Part shown: positions 29,265 to 45,572 of the stretch, piece by piece
Numbering within the stretch: the stretch's first letter is position 1
Layout of the letters: each line of letters starts with the position of its first letter
Assembly: GCA_964016885.1 (NCBI GenBank)
Contig: OZ024740.1
Span: forward strand, 307,644,001-307,708,000
DNA: 64,000 nucleotides
Origin: Eledone cirrhosa
Taxonomy: Eukaryota
Reading direction: 5' to 3'
Notes under the pieces: generated by a model
The model's database searches: none
The model's input: only the letters and a program-made list of their open reading frames with translations
Told to the model about the DNA's origin: nothing
Position numbers and translations under genes: made by a program

Positions 29265-30287
29265 TAAACAAATAATGAACAAACAATTCCTTATATTAAA
29301 CAAAAAAAGTTCACTATTTAACGATCGTTTCTAGGGTATATATGTGTTATAATTGGTATGCATATTCAACAGATCTATGTACAAAATTATACAAAATTAT
29401 ACAAATTATCAAGATTAAATATACATACCTAACACATATATACGCCGTCTTCAGAAATAATGAAGTATATTTATTGATAATAACAACAATTCAAAATATC
29501 AGTTCAAAATTGACCAATGAAAACACAAAGGGTTAAAAGCAGTTCGGTGTGTGTATATACATGTAAAATCCTTACACATATTTTACAATAATGTGTGTAT
29601 AATTTGTATGCGCATACTAAAAAGATGGATGCAAACACAAAATTTCAAGGTTAATATCTCTGTAAGCTTAATGCGCTGATAAGATGCGCATTGATACTTA
29701 TGGAGTCAAGCATATAAATATATTTTTTCATACTCACACATATCAGTATAATCACACATACATGCGCGTATATGCATAAATATACACATAACCACGAACA
29801 TACAAACACACACACTCCCCCACTCACATTTATATATGTGGATATAAAATCATAAGCACATAGAAATTAAGTCACTCACATAAAACACTGGCACACACAT
29901 TTCAAGATCAAGATACAGAAATTTGGTGGGAGGGGGGGGGAGGGGCCAGTATTCAATTGTCTGAGCAGACTGCCTAATATAAATGTATCTATAAATTAAG
30001 AAAAATAAAAAAATAAAAACAATAAAATATAATAAATATAATGTACATACACATACAGATATATATACACATACATACATGTACGCGCACATAGAGATAT
30101 TTACGCATACACACATACACACATACATATACAGTCATACACACACATACACTTACACGAACATACACATACACATATAAAAAGATATATATATACACAC
30201 ACACACGCGCAACACATACACACATACACATATATATAAAAAATAGATTATAAAGATATACATCCATATATATATATATACACACAT

Positions 30288-30332
<45 letters not shown>

Positions 30333-30427
30333 TATACATATACATACACATACATCTAAATATACATACACATACATACACACGTACATGTACATACATG
30401 TACATACATATACGCACATCGATATAC

Positions 30428-30469
<42 letters not shown>

Positions 30470-30801
30470 TCACATAGACATAAAGATACATACACACACA
30501 ACATACATACACACGTATATATATATATATATAGATGTACCTTCATACATAGAATTAGATACATAATCATACATACATATGCACCTACTTATACTCATAT
30601 AAATAAATACATACGCTTCCATATATGTGTATATACATAAAAAACAATACCACCTCACCAAACTCAGACATACAAATGAAAATAATAATAAAAAAACGCA
30701 TATGTATATACATACACACACGCATTAATAGAGATATATATATATACACACATACATACACATATATATATATACATACACACACATATATATACACATA
30801 C

Positions 30802-30852
<51 letters not shown>

Positions 30853-30860
30853 TAGACTCA

Positions 30861-30892
<32 letters not shown>

Positions 30893-30988
30893 AACATATA
30901 TATCCACACACTCATACCACCATAAATACACATACAAACACCCACATGTATATATATATATATATATCTACATACACACACGTATACA

Positions 30989-31024
<36 letters not shown>

Positions 31025-31186
31025 CACACACATAAAAAACAGACATGCACATATGTATATATATATATATTTCATTACTCTTATATATACACGTATTATA
31101 TATACATACACAACCTCACTTATACACATATACACATAAGTTATATTACAATAATAATAAAGAATAATATACATATATATATATAC

Positions 31187-31218
<32 letters not shown>

Positions 31219-31337
31219 ATACATACATACACATATATACATACACATAAATATATACATACATAAATACACACATACGAATAAAGACATATATTCACAC
31301 ATAGACACCTATATATATATATATATATATATATATC

Positions 31338-31375
<38 letters not shown>

Positions 31376-32435
31376 CACATACACACACACACACACACAC
31401 AGACACAACACACATACACACTCACATATATATATATATATATATGTGCATGTGAGTGTGCGCACATACACATATATACACACACACATACAAACACACA
31501 CAAACACATACATATGCATACGTGCACACACACACACATATAACACAGATACGAAGATAAACATATAAATAGAGAGACATACATATATATACACACAACA
31601 CATATACACATACATACATACACGCATATACATATACATACATATATACACATATATATATTCCTATATATAGAAGCATACACATACATACACATATATA
31701 CACATACATACACATATACATACAACACATTCACATACACATACATATATAATACATATATATACATATATATACACATACATATGTATGTACAATCATA
31801 TATACACACACAATCTTACATTCATATTTGCATGCTCATATATGTATTTTTATATTTAGATATAAATACCCAAACCTATATAGACACCTACCTACATATA
31901 TATTCATACATAGACGCTTACAAATACAGATGATAATAGTATGGGGGAAAGGGGGGGTTTGGAGAAGGGGATCAAAGTAAATATATGTTTCAAGAAACAT
32001 ATAATATTTTCCGTATCTTAACTCAATGTATGTTCTTACATATTTTCAGTGCTAGGAAATACGAAATCTATGCATCTCAAAATAAATAAGTATACCATTA
32101 ATCATATGTTAACTAAACCAAAGATAGTCAACATATTGATTTCTAAGGTGTAAATTAGTTAGGTTTATAATATTTGAAGCAGAATTTTGAAGTCAAACAG
32201 TAGTAGATTATTAATTACATTATAACTAAATTAAAGTTAATAACGTTATGGTATCAATATTAGGAGATGAATTTAGTAATAGGGAAAAGAAACCCAAATA
32301 AAAATAAAATAAAGTATTACATCGGTAGTAGCATATAAATTATATGTTAACTAAATTAAAAATTATATATTTATTTCAATAGTATACGTTAATTAGTATA
32401 TGTTAATTAGGTATACAATACATAGAGCAGATATT

Positions 32436-33320
<885 letters not shown>

Positions 33321-33419
33321 TAGACTAAGATTTATATGTATACATAGTAATATAAGTTTATGTGTCTATATTTGTGTGTACATGTGTATAAGGTAATTCC
33401 ATTAATATTACACAAAGGT

Positions 33420-33564
33420 TAGTTACGTCATAGTTACGTCCCTTTACGGTCTGAGTTCAAATCCCGTCGAGGTTAACTTTGACTTTCATCCTTACGGGGT
33501 CGATAAAATAAAGTACCAGTAATGTACTGAGTAATTTGCTGGCCTTGTGCCAAAAGTAGAAACA
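33420..33564 (+). mobile_element. 5'-truncated SINE S1 with 19-bp TSD
   Basis: attaatattacacaaaggt at 33401-33419 and 33565-33583. Confidence 0.88.
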
Positions 33565-34470
33565 ATTAATATTACACAAAGGTATGTTTGTATACATGTT
33601 CAGATGCCTACATGTTTGCATCTCTGAATGTATGTATGTATGTAGATATGGATGGATGTACTCACGGACGGATGTATTGTTGGAAAAAATGTCTTGAATC
33701 CTGGAAAGAACTCCAAAGAATGAAAACATACATACATGTATGCATATATACATTCATACATATCTACATACATACGTACATACATACGTATGTACGTACA
33801 TTCATACAATATATAGATTAATTTTAATTTAGTTAACCTATAATTATATTCTACTATAGATAAAATACAAAATTTTGCTTTAATTATTATAAACCTAATT
33901 AACATATACTATAGAAATTAATATATAATTTTTAATTTAGTTAACCTATAATTAATATTCTACTACCGATGAAATACTTGATTTGGCTTTCCCTATTACA
34001 AAATTCATTTCCTAAAATTGATACCATCATGTTAATATTTTTAATTTAGTTATGCTATAATTAATACTCTACTACTGTTTTACTTCAAAATTCCGCTTTA
34101 AATATTATAAACCTAAGTAGTATACACCTTAGAAATTAATATATTAACTATTTTTACTTTAATTAACCTATAATTAATAGTCTACTTATATTAAAATGCA
34201 TAATTTAGCCTTCTTTCTTACAAATACCATTTCCTAATACTGACACTACTATGTAAACACATATTATGATTTAAATGCAGATTAATATTCTACGTTCCTT
34301 GAAACCTATATTTACTATTTCCCACTAATAATTTTAATCCCCCCCCCCCCATAATTATTCGTATTTGTAAGCGTGGATGTATGTATGTGTATGTAAGTAT
34401 GTATGTATGTTTGTGTGTTTGCATGTGAGTATAAAAATACATATGTGCGCATGTAAATAAGTGTGTATGA

Positions 34471-34526
<56 letters not shown>

Positions 34527-34622
34527 GTGTATGTATGTGAATGTATATGTATTTGTAGAGATGTGTGTATGTATGTGTATATATGTGCATAATTGTCTGA
34601 CTGTGTATATTTATTTATTTTT

Positions 34623-34653
<31 letters not shown>

Positions 34654-35200
34654 ATGTATGTCTCTATATTTATGTATGTCTGAGTGTGTGTGTGTGTGTG
34701 GTTGTGTATATTTATACATGGGTATGTGTGTGTATGTATATATACGTATATGTATGTGTGTGTGTGTAGATATATGTGTATATATATATGTGTGTATATA
34801 TATATGTGTATATATATATATATATATATGTATGTGTATGTATGTGTGTATGTGTGTGTACATATATGTATATATGTGTGTTGTGTGTATGTGTATATAT
34901 ATATATATATTTGTATATATATATATATATATATCGGTGTGTATTTATATGTATGAGTATATGTTTTACTTGGTTTTATGTATATGCATACAAACAGGTT
35001 AATATGCGTGAGGTTAAGTATGTGTATGTGTGTGTGTGTACGTATGTATGTATCGAACGTATGGATGTGTAAATGTGCGTATGTATATAAGCATGAATAT
35101 TTTATGTCTCTCTTTTATGTTTTTTTATGTTTTTATTATATTTCTTTTATTATATTTCTTTTAATTTCTAAATTTATAGATACATTTTTATAAATATGCT

Positions 35201-35400
35201 NNNNNNNNNNNNNNNNNNNNNNNNNNNNNNNNNNNNNNNNNNNNNNNNNNNNNNNNNNNNNNNNNNNNNNNNNNNNNNNNNNNNNNNNNNNNNNNNNNNN
35301 NNNNNNNNNNNNNNNNNNNNNNNNNNNNNNNNNNNNNNNNNNNNNNNNNNNNNNNNNNNNNNNNNNNNNNNNNNNNNNNNNNNNNNNNNNNNNNNNNNNN
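35201..35400. other. Assembly gap (200 N)
   Basis: Run of n. Confidence 1.
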
Positions 35401-35433
35401 TATATATATAATAGTATATATATATATATAACT

Positions 35434-35545
<112 letters not shown>

Positions 35546-35547
35546 AC

Positions 35548-35608
<61 letters not shown>

Positions 35609-35640
35609 TATAAATTATATATATATATATATATATATAC

Positions 35641-35681
<41 letters not shown>

Positions 35682-35697
35682 CATATATATATATATA

Positions 35698-35738
<41 letters not shown>

Positions 35739-35795
35739 TATATTATATATATATATATATATATACATTATATATATATATATATATATATATAC

Positions 35796-35884
<89 letters not shown>

Positions 35885-35886
35885 CA

Positions 35887-35933
<47 letters not shown>

Positions 35934-35950
35934 CATATATATATATACAT

Positions 35951-37256
35951 ATCATCATCATCATCATCATCATCAACGTTTAACGTCCCGTGTTCTACGC
36001 TTGCATGGGTTTGGACGGGGGTAGTCCCACTTGAGGCAAGAGTGATTGTCTTGCTCGCATAGGACTGTCTGGCAGGTTTTCTACAGGTGGATGCCCTTCC
36101 TAACACCAACCACATTTACAGTGTGGAACTGGGAGGTTTTTACCGTGTTGCCTACACGGCCACATTACAGCGTGGACTGTGTGTTTTTTTGTCGTGATAC
36201 CTACACAATCTCATTTGTTTCGGCCTGGATGGCGCGGCACCAACATAACTTTACATAGAACGGGGTGGTCTGGATGGGGTGGGGGTGGTGGTGGTGGGAC
36301 GGGGTGTATTTTGTTAGAGATGCCTACTGGCTGGAGTAGGTTTTACTATATATATTTAGGTAAGGCGGGTCTTCTCTGTTACTGAGTACCGCCAAAGGTC
36401 TCGGTCCAGTGACATTGTCTTGGAGAGGTGTAAGTGTGTGAGGTCGGAGTTTATCAGCTCGTCCCAGGTTTTTCTAGGTCTGCCTATTCCGTGGCTACCG
36501 TCTATCTTTATTGCCCTGCACTTTGTTATACAGCTATCGACTTTCATGCGCATCACGTGTCCATACCAACGTAGCCTTCTCTCGAGTAAACAACATCTGA
36601 TCCCTCTTATCTCTAATTTTTTCCTTAGTTCGTTTATGCTTTGCCGTTCACGTATATTACTGTTACACATCCAGCGGAGAATGCAAGCTTCGTTCCTCTC
36701 TAGTCTGCGTATATCCTCTGCACACAATGCCCAGGTCTCACTGCCATGCAACATTGCTGTTCGTATGCAGGCATCGTACAACCTGCCTTTCATTTTGAGG
36801 GAGAACCCTTTAGCAGCTAATAGTGGTATAAGCTCTCTGAACTTTTTCCAACCAGTTCTGACTCTAGCTACAGTACTTTCAGAGCACCCTCCCCCACTGC
36901 TGCTTTTATCGCCCAGGTAACGGAAGCTGTCCACTATTTCTATAGAACCCTCTGCGCAATTGAAAGAGCTAGTATTTTGTGGGCACTTGCTGCTACTTAT
37001 TGCACAAGAACACCGGCCACATGTAAAATCTATGTTCTTAGTTATCTTACCTGTGATCCCACTACATCTTTTATGCACCCATACTTTGCATTTAGGACAT
37101 AAAATGGAGTTTCTACCTACGCCTTTCCTATACACCGAGCACGACCATTTCCCAGAAGGGACCGCCGCCTTGTTTTCTTTCCTACAAACTAGAACTTTGG
37201 TCTTAGCCAGGTTAATTTTAAGTCCTTTTGACTCTAGGCCGTGCTTCCATGTTTGT
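35951..37256 (-). mobile_element. 5'-truncated RTE-clade LINE with PHD-like finger, 3' UTR and (ATG)n tail, embedded in (TA)n
   Basis: [13 protein letters not shown], a Cys/His finger, [36 protein letters not shown] and GRPRKTW. The stop is at 36356 and the tail is (gat)n. Confidence 0.93.
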
Positions 37257-37514
37257 ATATATACATATATATATATATACATATATATATACATATATAT
37301 ATATATACATACATATATATATACATATATATATACATATATATATACATATATATATACATATACATATATATATATGTATATATATATACATATATAT
37401 ATACATATATATATATATACATATATATATACGTATATATATATATATATATACATATATATATACGTATATATATATATACATATATATATACGTATAT
37501 ATATATATATATAC

Positions 37515-37545
<31 letters not shown>

Positions 37546-37862
37546 CGTATATATATATATATACATATATATATACGTATATATATATATACATATATAT
37601 ATACGTATATATATATATACATATATATATACGTATATATATATATATACATATATATATACGTATACATATATATATACGTATATATATATATATACAT
37701 ATATATATACGTATACATATATATATACGTATATATATATATACATATATATATACGTATATATATATATACATATATATATACGTATATATATATATAC
37801 ATATATATATATATACATATATATATATACGTATATATATATATATACATATATATATATAC

Positions 37863-37895
<33 letters not shown>

Positions 37896-37896
37896 C

Positions 37897-37927
<31 letters not shown>

Positions 37928-38216
37928 CGTATATATATATATACATATATATATACGTATATATATATATATACATATATATACGTATATATATACATAT
38001 ATATATACATATATATACATATATATATACGTATATATATATATACATATATATATACATATATATATACATATATATACATATATACGTATATATATAT
38101 ATACATATATATATACATATATATACATATATATATATACATATATATATACATATATATACATATATATATATATATACATATATATACACATATATAT
38201 ATACATATATATATAC

Positions 38217-38249
<33 letters not shown>

Positions 38250-38362
38250 CATATATATATACATATATATATACATATATATACACATATATATATACAT
38301 ATATATATACATATATATATACATATACATATATATATATACATATCTATATATATATATAC

Positions 38363-38397
<35 letters not shown>

Positions 38398-38432
38398 CAT
38401 ATATATATACATATATATATACATATATATAT
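37257..38432. repeat. (TA)n microsatellite with a CA/CG higher-order pattern
   Basis: Alternating ..atac.. and ..atacgt.. interruptions. Confidence 0.97.
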
Positions 38433-38433
38433 A

Positions 38434-38770
38434 GGCACATGGCTTAGTGGTTAGAGCATTGGCCTTGCAATCGAAAGGTTGTGAGTTCAATTCTCAGACC
38501 GAGTGATGTGTTGTTTCCTTGAGCAAGACACTTTATTTAACATTGCTCCAGTTTACTCAGCTGTAGAAATGAGATGATAGGGACTGGGGTCCATATCATT
38601 CCACTGCAAAGTGGCCGTGGAGGTGCCACGGCAAAAAAAGCACCCAGCACTCACTGTAAATGAGGTTGGTGTTTGGAAGGGCATCCAGCTGTAGAAATCA
38701 AGCCAGAATCAGTTCCCGTCCCACCCTTACAAGCAGGGAAAAGCGGACATAAAATGATGATGATGATGAT
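38434..38770 (+). mobile_element. tRNA-headed SINE (family S2) with RTE-like 3' end
   Basis: A-box TGGCTTAGTGG, B-box GAGTTCAATTC and body ccttgagcaagacactt. The 3' end ggttggtg..ggaagggcatccagctgtagaaa..(atg)n is shared with the RTE 3' UTR. Confidence 0.8.
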
Positions 38771-38771
38771 A

Positions 38772-39035
38772 TAATATATAAGATCAAAAGATGGTTAAAA
38801 GTGTTCTATGTATTTTATTATGCGCATTTCAAAAACAAATATCATCATGCAATAACATTTACGTTTTCGTCAGATAAAATAGGGAGACATGATATGAAGG
38901 TTAAAAAACACTTCTGAATAGTGCAGTTTTAAATCAACATATGAAAAGTAGTTTTAGATTGATGTGTTATATTGGGAAAAAATTGAGTGGGGAGGGTTGC
39001 AAAGGATGAAAAAGAGGAGGAGATGAGAGTAAAAA
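38772..39035 (-). mobile_element. Family-B PLE pLTR fragment with hammerhead (38811-38881)
   Basis: The minus strand reads tattttat CTGACGA aaacgtaaatgttatt..gatatttgttttt GAAA tgcgca TA ataaaata, homologous to 12330-12605. Confidence 0.88.
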
Positions 39036-39038
39036 GTG

Positions 39039-39085
<47 letters not shown>

Positions 39086-39096
39086 ATATATATATA

Positions 39097-41910
39097 TTTC
39101 ACCAATTAATCGGTAAATCACAGTAGTATTTAATTAGTTATCTACCTAGCTATGTGTGCTTACACACTTTACAAATTATTCCCTGTGATTGTTTCATATG
39201 TTTATTTTATATCTATATATATAAAGGGAAGATGGACATTGTTTAGTGTACCGAACTTGCCTGCTACACCGTTCATCCAATTTTCATGAAACCTCACACA
39301 TATATAAAACTCAACGCGTAGAGTGGAATAGGCTACTTGAAATTTTCGAAAAATCGATAATCGGGCCCTATGACAGAATGTTTTTCGATTCCAATGAAAT
39401 TTTATGTGAATTCGAACACAAGAACTCTTAGTTTACATCTGGCGCAATAAAAATAAATTTCATATGCCCATATAAGGACGTGCGTTATTGATTGTCCGGC
39501 CAGCTGCATGACTTCCCAGCTGTCTCAGTAAACGACCGACCATTAAAGAGTTTCTTTTCATATTCCACCTTATTCAAGTGGAAATACAGTATTATCTCTA
39601 TCTGAAAAGGGAACCAAATTTAATGGTGTCTTTTGTGAACCTAAAAGCTCTGAGTAAATTTTCAAACAGTCTTAAATAATCATGCTTTTTGAAAAAAAAA
39701 ATTACTAAATAATACGTTGATCAAGTTGTGTTGTACACATACAATACAAGTAAAAAAATTTACGTTGTACCAATGTTTTCCTTTTTTAAACAAAAGATTC
39801 TAAAAAATTACTTAATTTATAATACAGTCTTTTGCACAGGAAGTGAGTAACTTTTCGGGTGTTTAAACATAAGTTCACCAGGGTTTGTGTCTTCATTATT
39901 AGCCCACCTCTAATGGCATTTTTTGTTCTGCTTACGACTAAATGTTATGAGCGTATTTGCAATTAATTGCGCACACGTGCACACCTGCATACAGATAGAC
40001 ACTGACAGCCAATAAAAAATCGATAACTTGCTTATTAAGATATCTGTCAAAAAGAGAGATTGAATGTACTTTAGAACATTTTTTGAATATATTGTTCTTT
40101 TTGGCATGATATGTCAGAAATATAGCTACTATACACTTTGGTTATTTTTTGTAACTAAAAAACGGTTCCTTTTGGGTGGATACTTAACGAGAAAAATCCT
40201 AGGGTTTTGGACAAGTTTGTTTCAGGCGCTGTATAGACGCCTATTTTGTCACACCTTGGTCATGAATTCGTATTCTTTTCCAATAGATATTTTCCGCTCT
40301 ATAAGGCTCACCAGGATATAAGGCGTATCATTTAAAATCAGGTCCGCGCAACGGCGTGTAAGGCCAACCAGAAAATGCTATCTTCTTTACTTTTAGTCTA
40401 GATCTATTACTTCTGTTAGAGCCGTGATTGATTACCATTGTATTATTTATACATAAGGCTCACCGGAGTATAAAGCGCAGAGGTTTTTAGATTAAATTTA
40501 ATTATTTTAAGTGCAATTTATAGACGGGAAAATTCGGTAAGTTATTGTAATCATATTTCCAAACCTTCCCATTCACCAGTAACCATGCTAACGAATCTGG
40601 TGTCATCTCTCTCTGTATTTAATCACCTCTCTCTAACCTAACAGCTTCGTTACACGTCGTGCCCACACGGAAACGTTCAAGACTTACCTCCAAAAAAGGT
40701 ACAGCTATTGCTTTGAAACAACGAATTAGGCGTTCTCAGGTATGAGTTCATTCACAATTGATTAATCCTTTATGCAATATTCTCCCTTAATGTTAGCAAG
40801 TACTGCGTTTATCCTAACTGTCACCACTTTTAAGCAACTACAACATTCTAATCGTAGTTATATTAAATTTATTGTCTTACCTTGATTCCCTTTTGTTCAT
40901 GTTAGACTTTTCTCATTTACTATTGACACTGCCATTGGCTTAGCTAACCAGTAGAATTAATTAATTTTCTCTAGGAAACACCTGCTGAGCGCGAATCTCG
41001 ACTCGCTGATAGACGTCTTTCCCGGCTGGTTGAGTCACCAACATCACGTACGACAAGGCTTGCTGATGTTCGCCTTCGTCGCCAACAAGCGCTGACGGAG
41101 GAATCACCAACATCCCGTCAGATGAGGCTTGAGGCTGTGGCAAAGGGCAATAACCCTAGATAAAATTTTGATCAACTTTTTTTCACCTATAGCAAATTTT
41201 TAGCTACTCAAATCTACTTCAGAGATCACGCATTGATGTAAAAAATCAATAAAACTGAAGCGGGGCTCGACTTTGCGCAAAAAAACAAGGCAAAGTTACA
41301 CATGGGAAAACTTTTTACAGGAACGTCCTATATTCTTGAAAACTGTCACAAAAGACTCGCCATTATGCCGCGGTTAAGATAAAGGCCCTTTTAATTCTTC
41401 TTCTGCACATGTGAGCGCAAAAATTGTAAAAATAAAAAACCCTGAAAGTAATCGACATTTTCACCCTGCTTTAAATTAACTGAACATTCAATATCAAGCG
41501 ATTTTGACTTCCGTCAGTCGTGCAGAGAACAATTTCAACGATACACTGTGTAACTACAATTAATAAATTACACACCTGTGTCTACTAACCTATTTTTTTA
41601 CATTGAAGTTCGAAGTTTTGAACCTGTGATGCGCGGGAAGTAACTTTCACACATTCTAACAGACCAAAGGTCGACTTACACCCGGGCAACGCCGGGTACT
41701 TCTGCTAGTATATATATATATGTCAATCTATTTCTAGTTGATATAAAATGCTCGGATCTATTCATTGGAATCTTTGAGCTTCTTCTGCAGTGGATATGGC
41801 GCATGTCTCTCTGACATGACACCCATAATTACATTTTGGATATATATATATACATATATATACATATATATATATATACATATGTATATATATATATATA
41901 TATATGTATG

Positions 41911-41944
<34 letters not shown>

Positions 41945-42153
41945 TGTATGTATATATATATATGTATATATATGTATATATATATATATATGTATATATA
42001 TGTATATATATATATGTATATATATCTATATATATATCCAAAATGTAATTAAGGGTGTCATGTCAGAGAGACATGCGCCATATCCACTGCAGAAGAAGCT
42101 CAAAGATTCCAATGAATAGATCCGAGCATTTTATATCAACTAGAAATAGATTG

Positions 42154-42209
<56 letters not shown>

Positions 42210-42317
42210 AACATATGAAACAATCACAGGGAATAATTTGTAAAGTGTGTAAGCACACATAGCTAGGTAGATAACTAATTAAATACTACTGTGATTTACC
42301 GATTAATTGGTGAAATA
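39097..42317. repeat. (TA)n-centred palindrome interrupted by the Helitron
   Basis: 39097-39211 is the reverse complement of ~42201-42317, and 41721-41840 is the reverse complement of 42037-42156. Confidence 0.9.
39212..41708 (+). mobile_element. Non-autonomous Helitron (~2.5 kb)
   Basis: 5' TC start (a|tctatatatataaag), 3' hairpin cccgg-gcaacg-ccggg (41681-41696) and CTAG|t end. It is inserted between A and T with no TSD and has no Rep/helicase ORF. Confidence 0.88.
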
Positions 42318-42364
42318 TATTTTTTATTTAAAGAAATATATACAAAGCATATTAATCATTTTAA

Positions 42365-42820
42365 AAGGTATCTATATTTGAAGTTCTAGTTAAACTCTAT
42401 GGCAGAATTAGAGAAGAAATTGTAAACCTGGAAGCAAAAGGTTTTAAAGTCAACTTGGCAAAGCCTAAAGCCCTCGTAAATAGAAAGGAAAACAGGGCTC
42501 AGATCCCTTCAGGGAAATGGCCTTGTTCAGTGTGCAGGAAGGGAATGAGTAGAAATTCCATCCTATGTTCCAAATGCAAACTATGGGTACACAAGAGATG
42601 TTGTGGGATCTCAGGCAGGCTAGCAAAGAATGTAAGTTTTATGTGATTGATGCACAGGAGCAGTAAGAGATCACAGGAAACAAGCTCTACTAAATGCTCT
42701 GAGGACTCTGTAAAAGTAGCTGGTAGCTTGTTACCTGGGTGATCAAATTAGCAGTGGAAATGCATGTTCCGAAAGTACAGTAGCCAGAGTAAGAACAGGG
42801 AGGAAAAAGTTCAGATAGCA
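42365..42820 (+). mobile_element. Older decayed RTE fragment with intact PHD-like Cys pattern
   Basis: KVNLAKPKALV..GKWPCSVCRKGMSRNSILCSKCKLWVHKRC..YLGDQ..VARVRTGRKKFR. Confidence 0.85.
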
Positions 42821-43164
42821 TTAATAATATGTAAAACAAGCAACTATATTATAGGAGGGGCAGGCATTTAGCCTGTTGTCATTGAGCTGGCCGGCTCTGT
42901 ATGCTCAGAATACCAAAATGAACGAGGATTAATACAAAACATTAAGCACTTTATTCTATTTGAATCACCGTTGACTAATGGGGGTGTGGATTGCACAACA
43001 CCAGTCGATTTAACTCCATATATAAAAAAAAAAAATATATATATATACATACAAATATATATATATACACACACATACAAATATATATATACATATTTAC
43101 AAATCTCTCAAATATATAAGTTTATCATTAATAATCTGTGATGAACATCTCCCTCATTAATTTC

Positions 43165-43263
43165 CGTCGAGGTTAACTTTGTCTTTCATCCTTATGGGGT
43201 CGATAAAATAAAGTACCAGTAATACACTGGGTTATTGCTGGCCTTGTGCCTAAAGTAGAAACA
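43165..43263 (+). mobile_element. Truncated SINE S1 with 9-bp TSD attaatttc
   Basis: TSD at 43156-43164 and 43264-43272. Confidence 0.8.
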
Positions 43264-43777
43264 ATTAATTTCATTGGTTTACATTTTTTAACATGATATC
43301 TTACTTTCTTCTTGCTATTTCCTTCTTTTTCTTTTCCTTTGTTTCATCCCTGAGACTTTCGTGCTATAAGAAACACCACACATTTTTCCTGGCATCACAT
43401 AAAATTCTATGTGTACTTGTTATAGCTTAAATGCTATAAATTAAAGTTTTTTGTGTCTCACCTCTTACTCCACTGGACGGTGTTTGGCTTGTATCAAATG
43501 CTGTAACCCGGGATGGACCAGTGGTACCATTGGTAGAGGTCGAAATTGTGGAAGTCCATCTCAACAGCCAATGAACCAGGAGTTCTCTGTCTTCCATTGT
43601 ATTTTTATTCTAAAAAATTATTTTTTAAGGTTCCCCTAAAAAAATTGTTTTTCCTTTTGCCTTGTTATTTTGTTTGTTGTCTTGACTTATCTTCGTTAAT
43701 TTTCTTAAATTATACAAACACACTTATATGTGTATAGTTTTCCTAATATGAAAAGTACAGCATATTCTACACACACA

Positions 43778-43840
<63 letters not shown>

Positions 43841-43852
43841 TGTGTGTGTAGA

Positions 43853-43908
<56 letters not shown>

Positions 43909-43983
43909 TGAGAGAAATAATTGCTAAATTGTTGTGGAACAAACTCTGTGATCCGGATATAACCTCCCAGGGTTTTTTGTTAG

Positions 43984-44021
<38 letters not shown>

Positions 44022-44084
44022 TGAATGTGTGTGTGTAAGTATGCACACAAATAAAATTCTAATTTTATTTTTATATATATATAT

Positions 44085-44760
44085 ACACCGATCTAAACCC
44101 ATGCTAGCGTGGAAGATAGATGATGATGATGATATATTTTATATATGTAAAGTTATGTTGGTGCCGCGCCATCCGGGCCGAAACAAATGAGATCGTGTAG
44201 GTGTCACGACAAAAAAACACACAGTCCACGCTGTAATGTGGCCGTGTAGGCAACACGGTAAAAACCTCCCAGACCCACACTGTAAATGTGGTTGGTGTTA
44301 GGAAGGGCATCCAACTGTAGAAAACCTGCCAGACAGTCCTATGCGAGCAAGACAATCACTCTTGCCTCAAGTGGGACTACCCCCGTCCAAACCCATGCAA
44401 GCGTGGAACACGGACGTTAAACGTTGATGATGATGATGATGATGATATAGTGTGTGTGTGTAACAAATAAAATTCAAATTTTATTTTTTTATATATATAT
44501 ATATAAATATAGGTAGGTGTCACGACAAAAACACACAGTCCACACTGTAATGTGGCTGTGTAGGTAACACGGTAAAAAGTTCCCAGTCCATACTGTAACT
44601 GTGGTTGGTGTTAGGAAGGGCATCCAGCCTTAGAAAACTTGCCAGATAGCCTTATATGAGTGAGACACGGTTACCCGACCTACCTTGCTTCAAGTGGGAC
44701 AACTCCCGTCTAACTCATGCTAGTGTAGGGGATGGACGTTAAACGATGATGATGATGATT
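44085..44760 (+). mobile_element. Three tandem RTE 3'-end stubs, each ending in (ATG)n
   Basis: 44146-44445 is a near-identical reverse complement of 35951-36256. 44510-44758 is a diverged copy, and 44088-44132 is a tail-only stub. Confidence 0.85.
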
Positions 44761-44761
44761 T

Positions 44762-44819
<58 letters not shown>

Positions 44820-45379
44820 TTTTATATATATATATATATATATAAAATATATATAAAATATATAAAATATATATTTCATATATATATATATATAAAATAT
44901 ATATTTCATATATATATATATATATAAAATATATATTTTATATATATATATATATAAAATATATATTTTATATATATATATATATAAAATATATATTTAT
45001 ATATATATATATATATAAAATATATATTTTATATATATATATATATAAAATATATATTTATATATATATATATATAAAATATATATTTTATATATATATA
45101 TATATAAAATATATATTTTATATATATATATATATAAAATATATATTTATATATATATATATAAAATATATATATATAAAATATATATTTTATATATATA
45201 TATATATAAAATATATATTTATATATATATGTAAAATATATATAAAATATATAAAATATATATTTATATATATATATATATAAAATATATATATATAAAA
45301 TATATATATATAAAATATATATATATAAAATATATATTTTATATATATATATATATATAAAATATATAAAATATATATT

Positions 45380-45412
<33 letters not shown>

Positions 45413-45572
45413 TATATTATATATATATATATATATATAACATATATATTTTATATATATATATATATAAAATATATATTTATATATATATATAAATATA
45501 TATTTATATATATATATATATAAAATATATATTTATATATATATATATATAAAATATATATTTTATATATAT
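44760..45572. repeat. AT-only minisatellite of ~29-bp self-complementary units
   Basis: Units ttt(ta)n aaaatatatat. Confidence 0.92.

Noticed and set aside
38434-38505. tRNA gene
   Set aside because: A/B boxes are present, but there is no proper acceptor stem and it continues into a SINE body. The same applies to the S1 heads.
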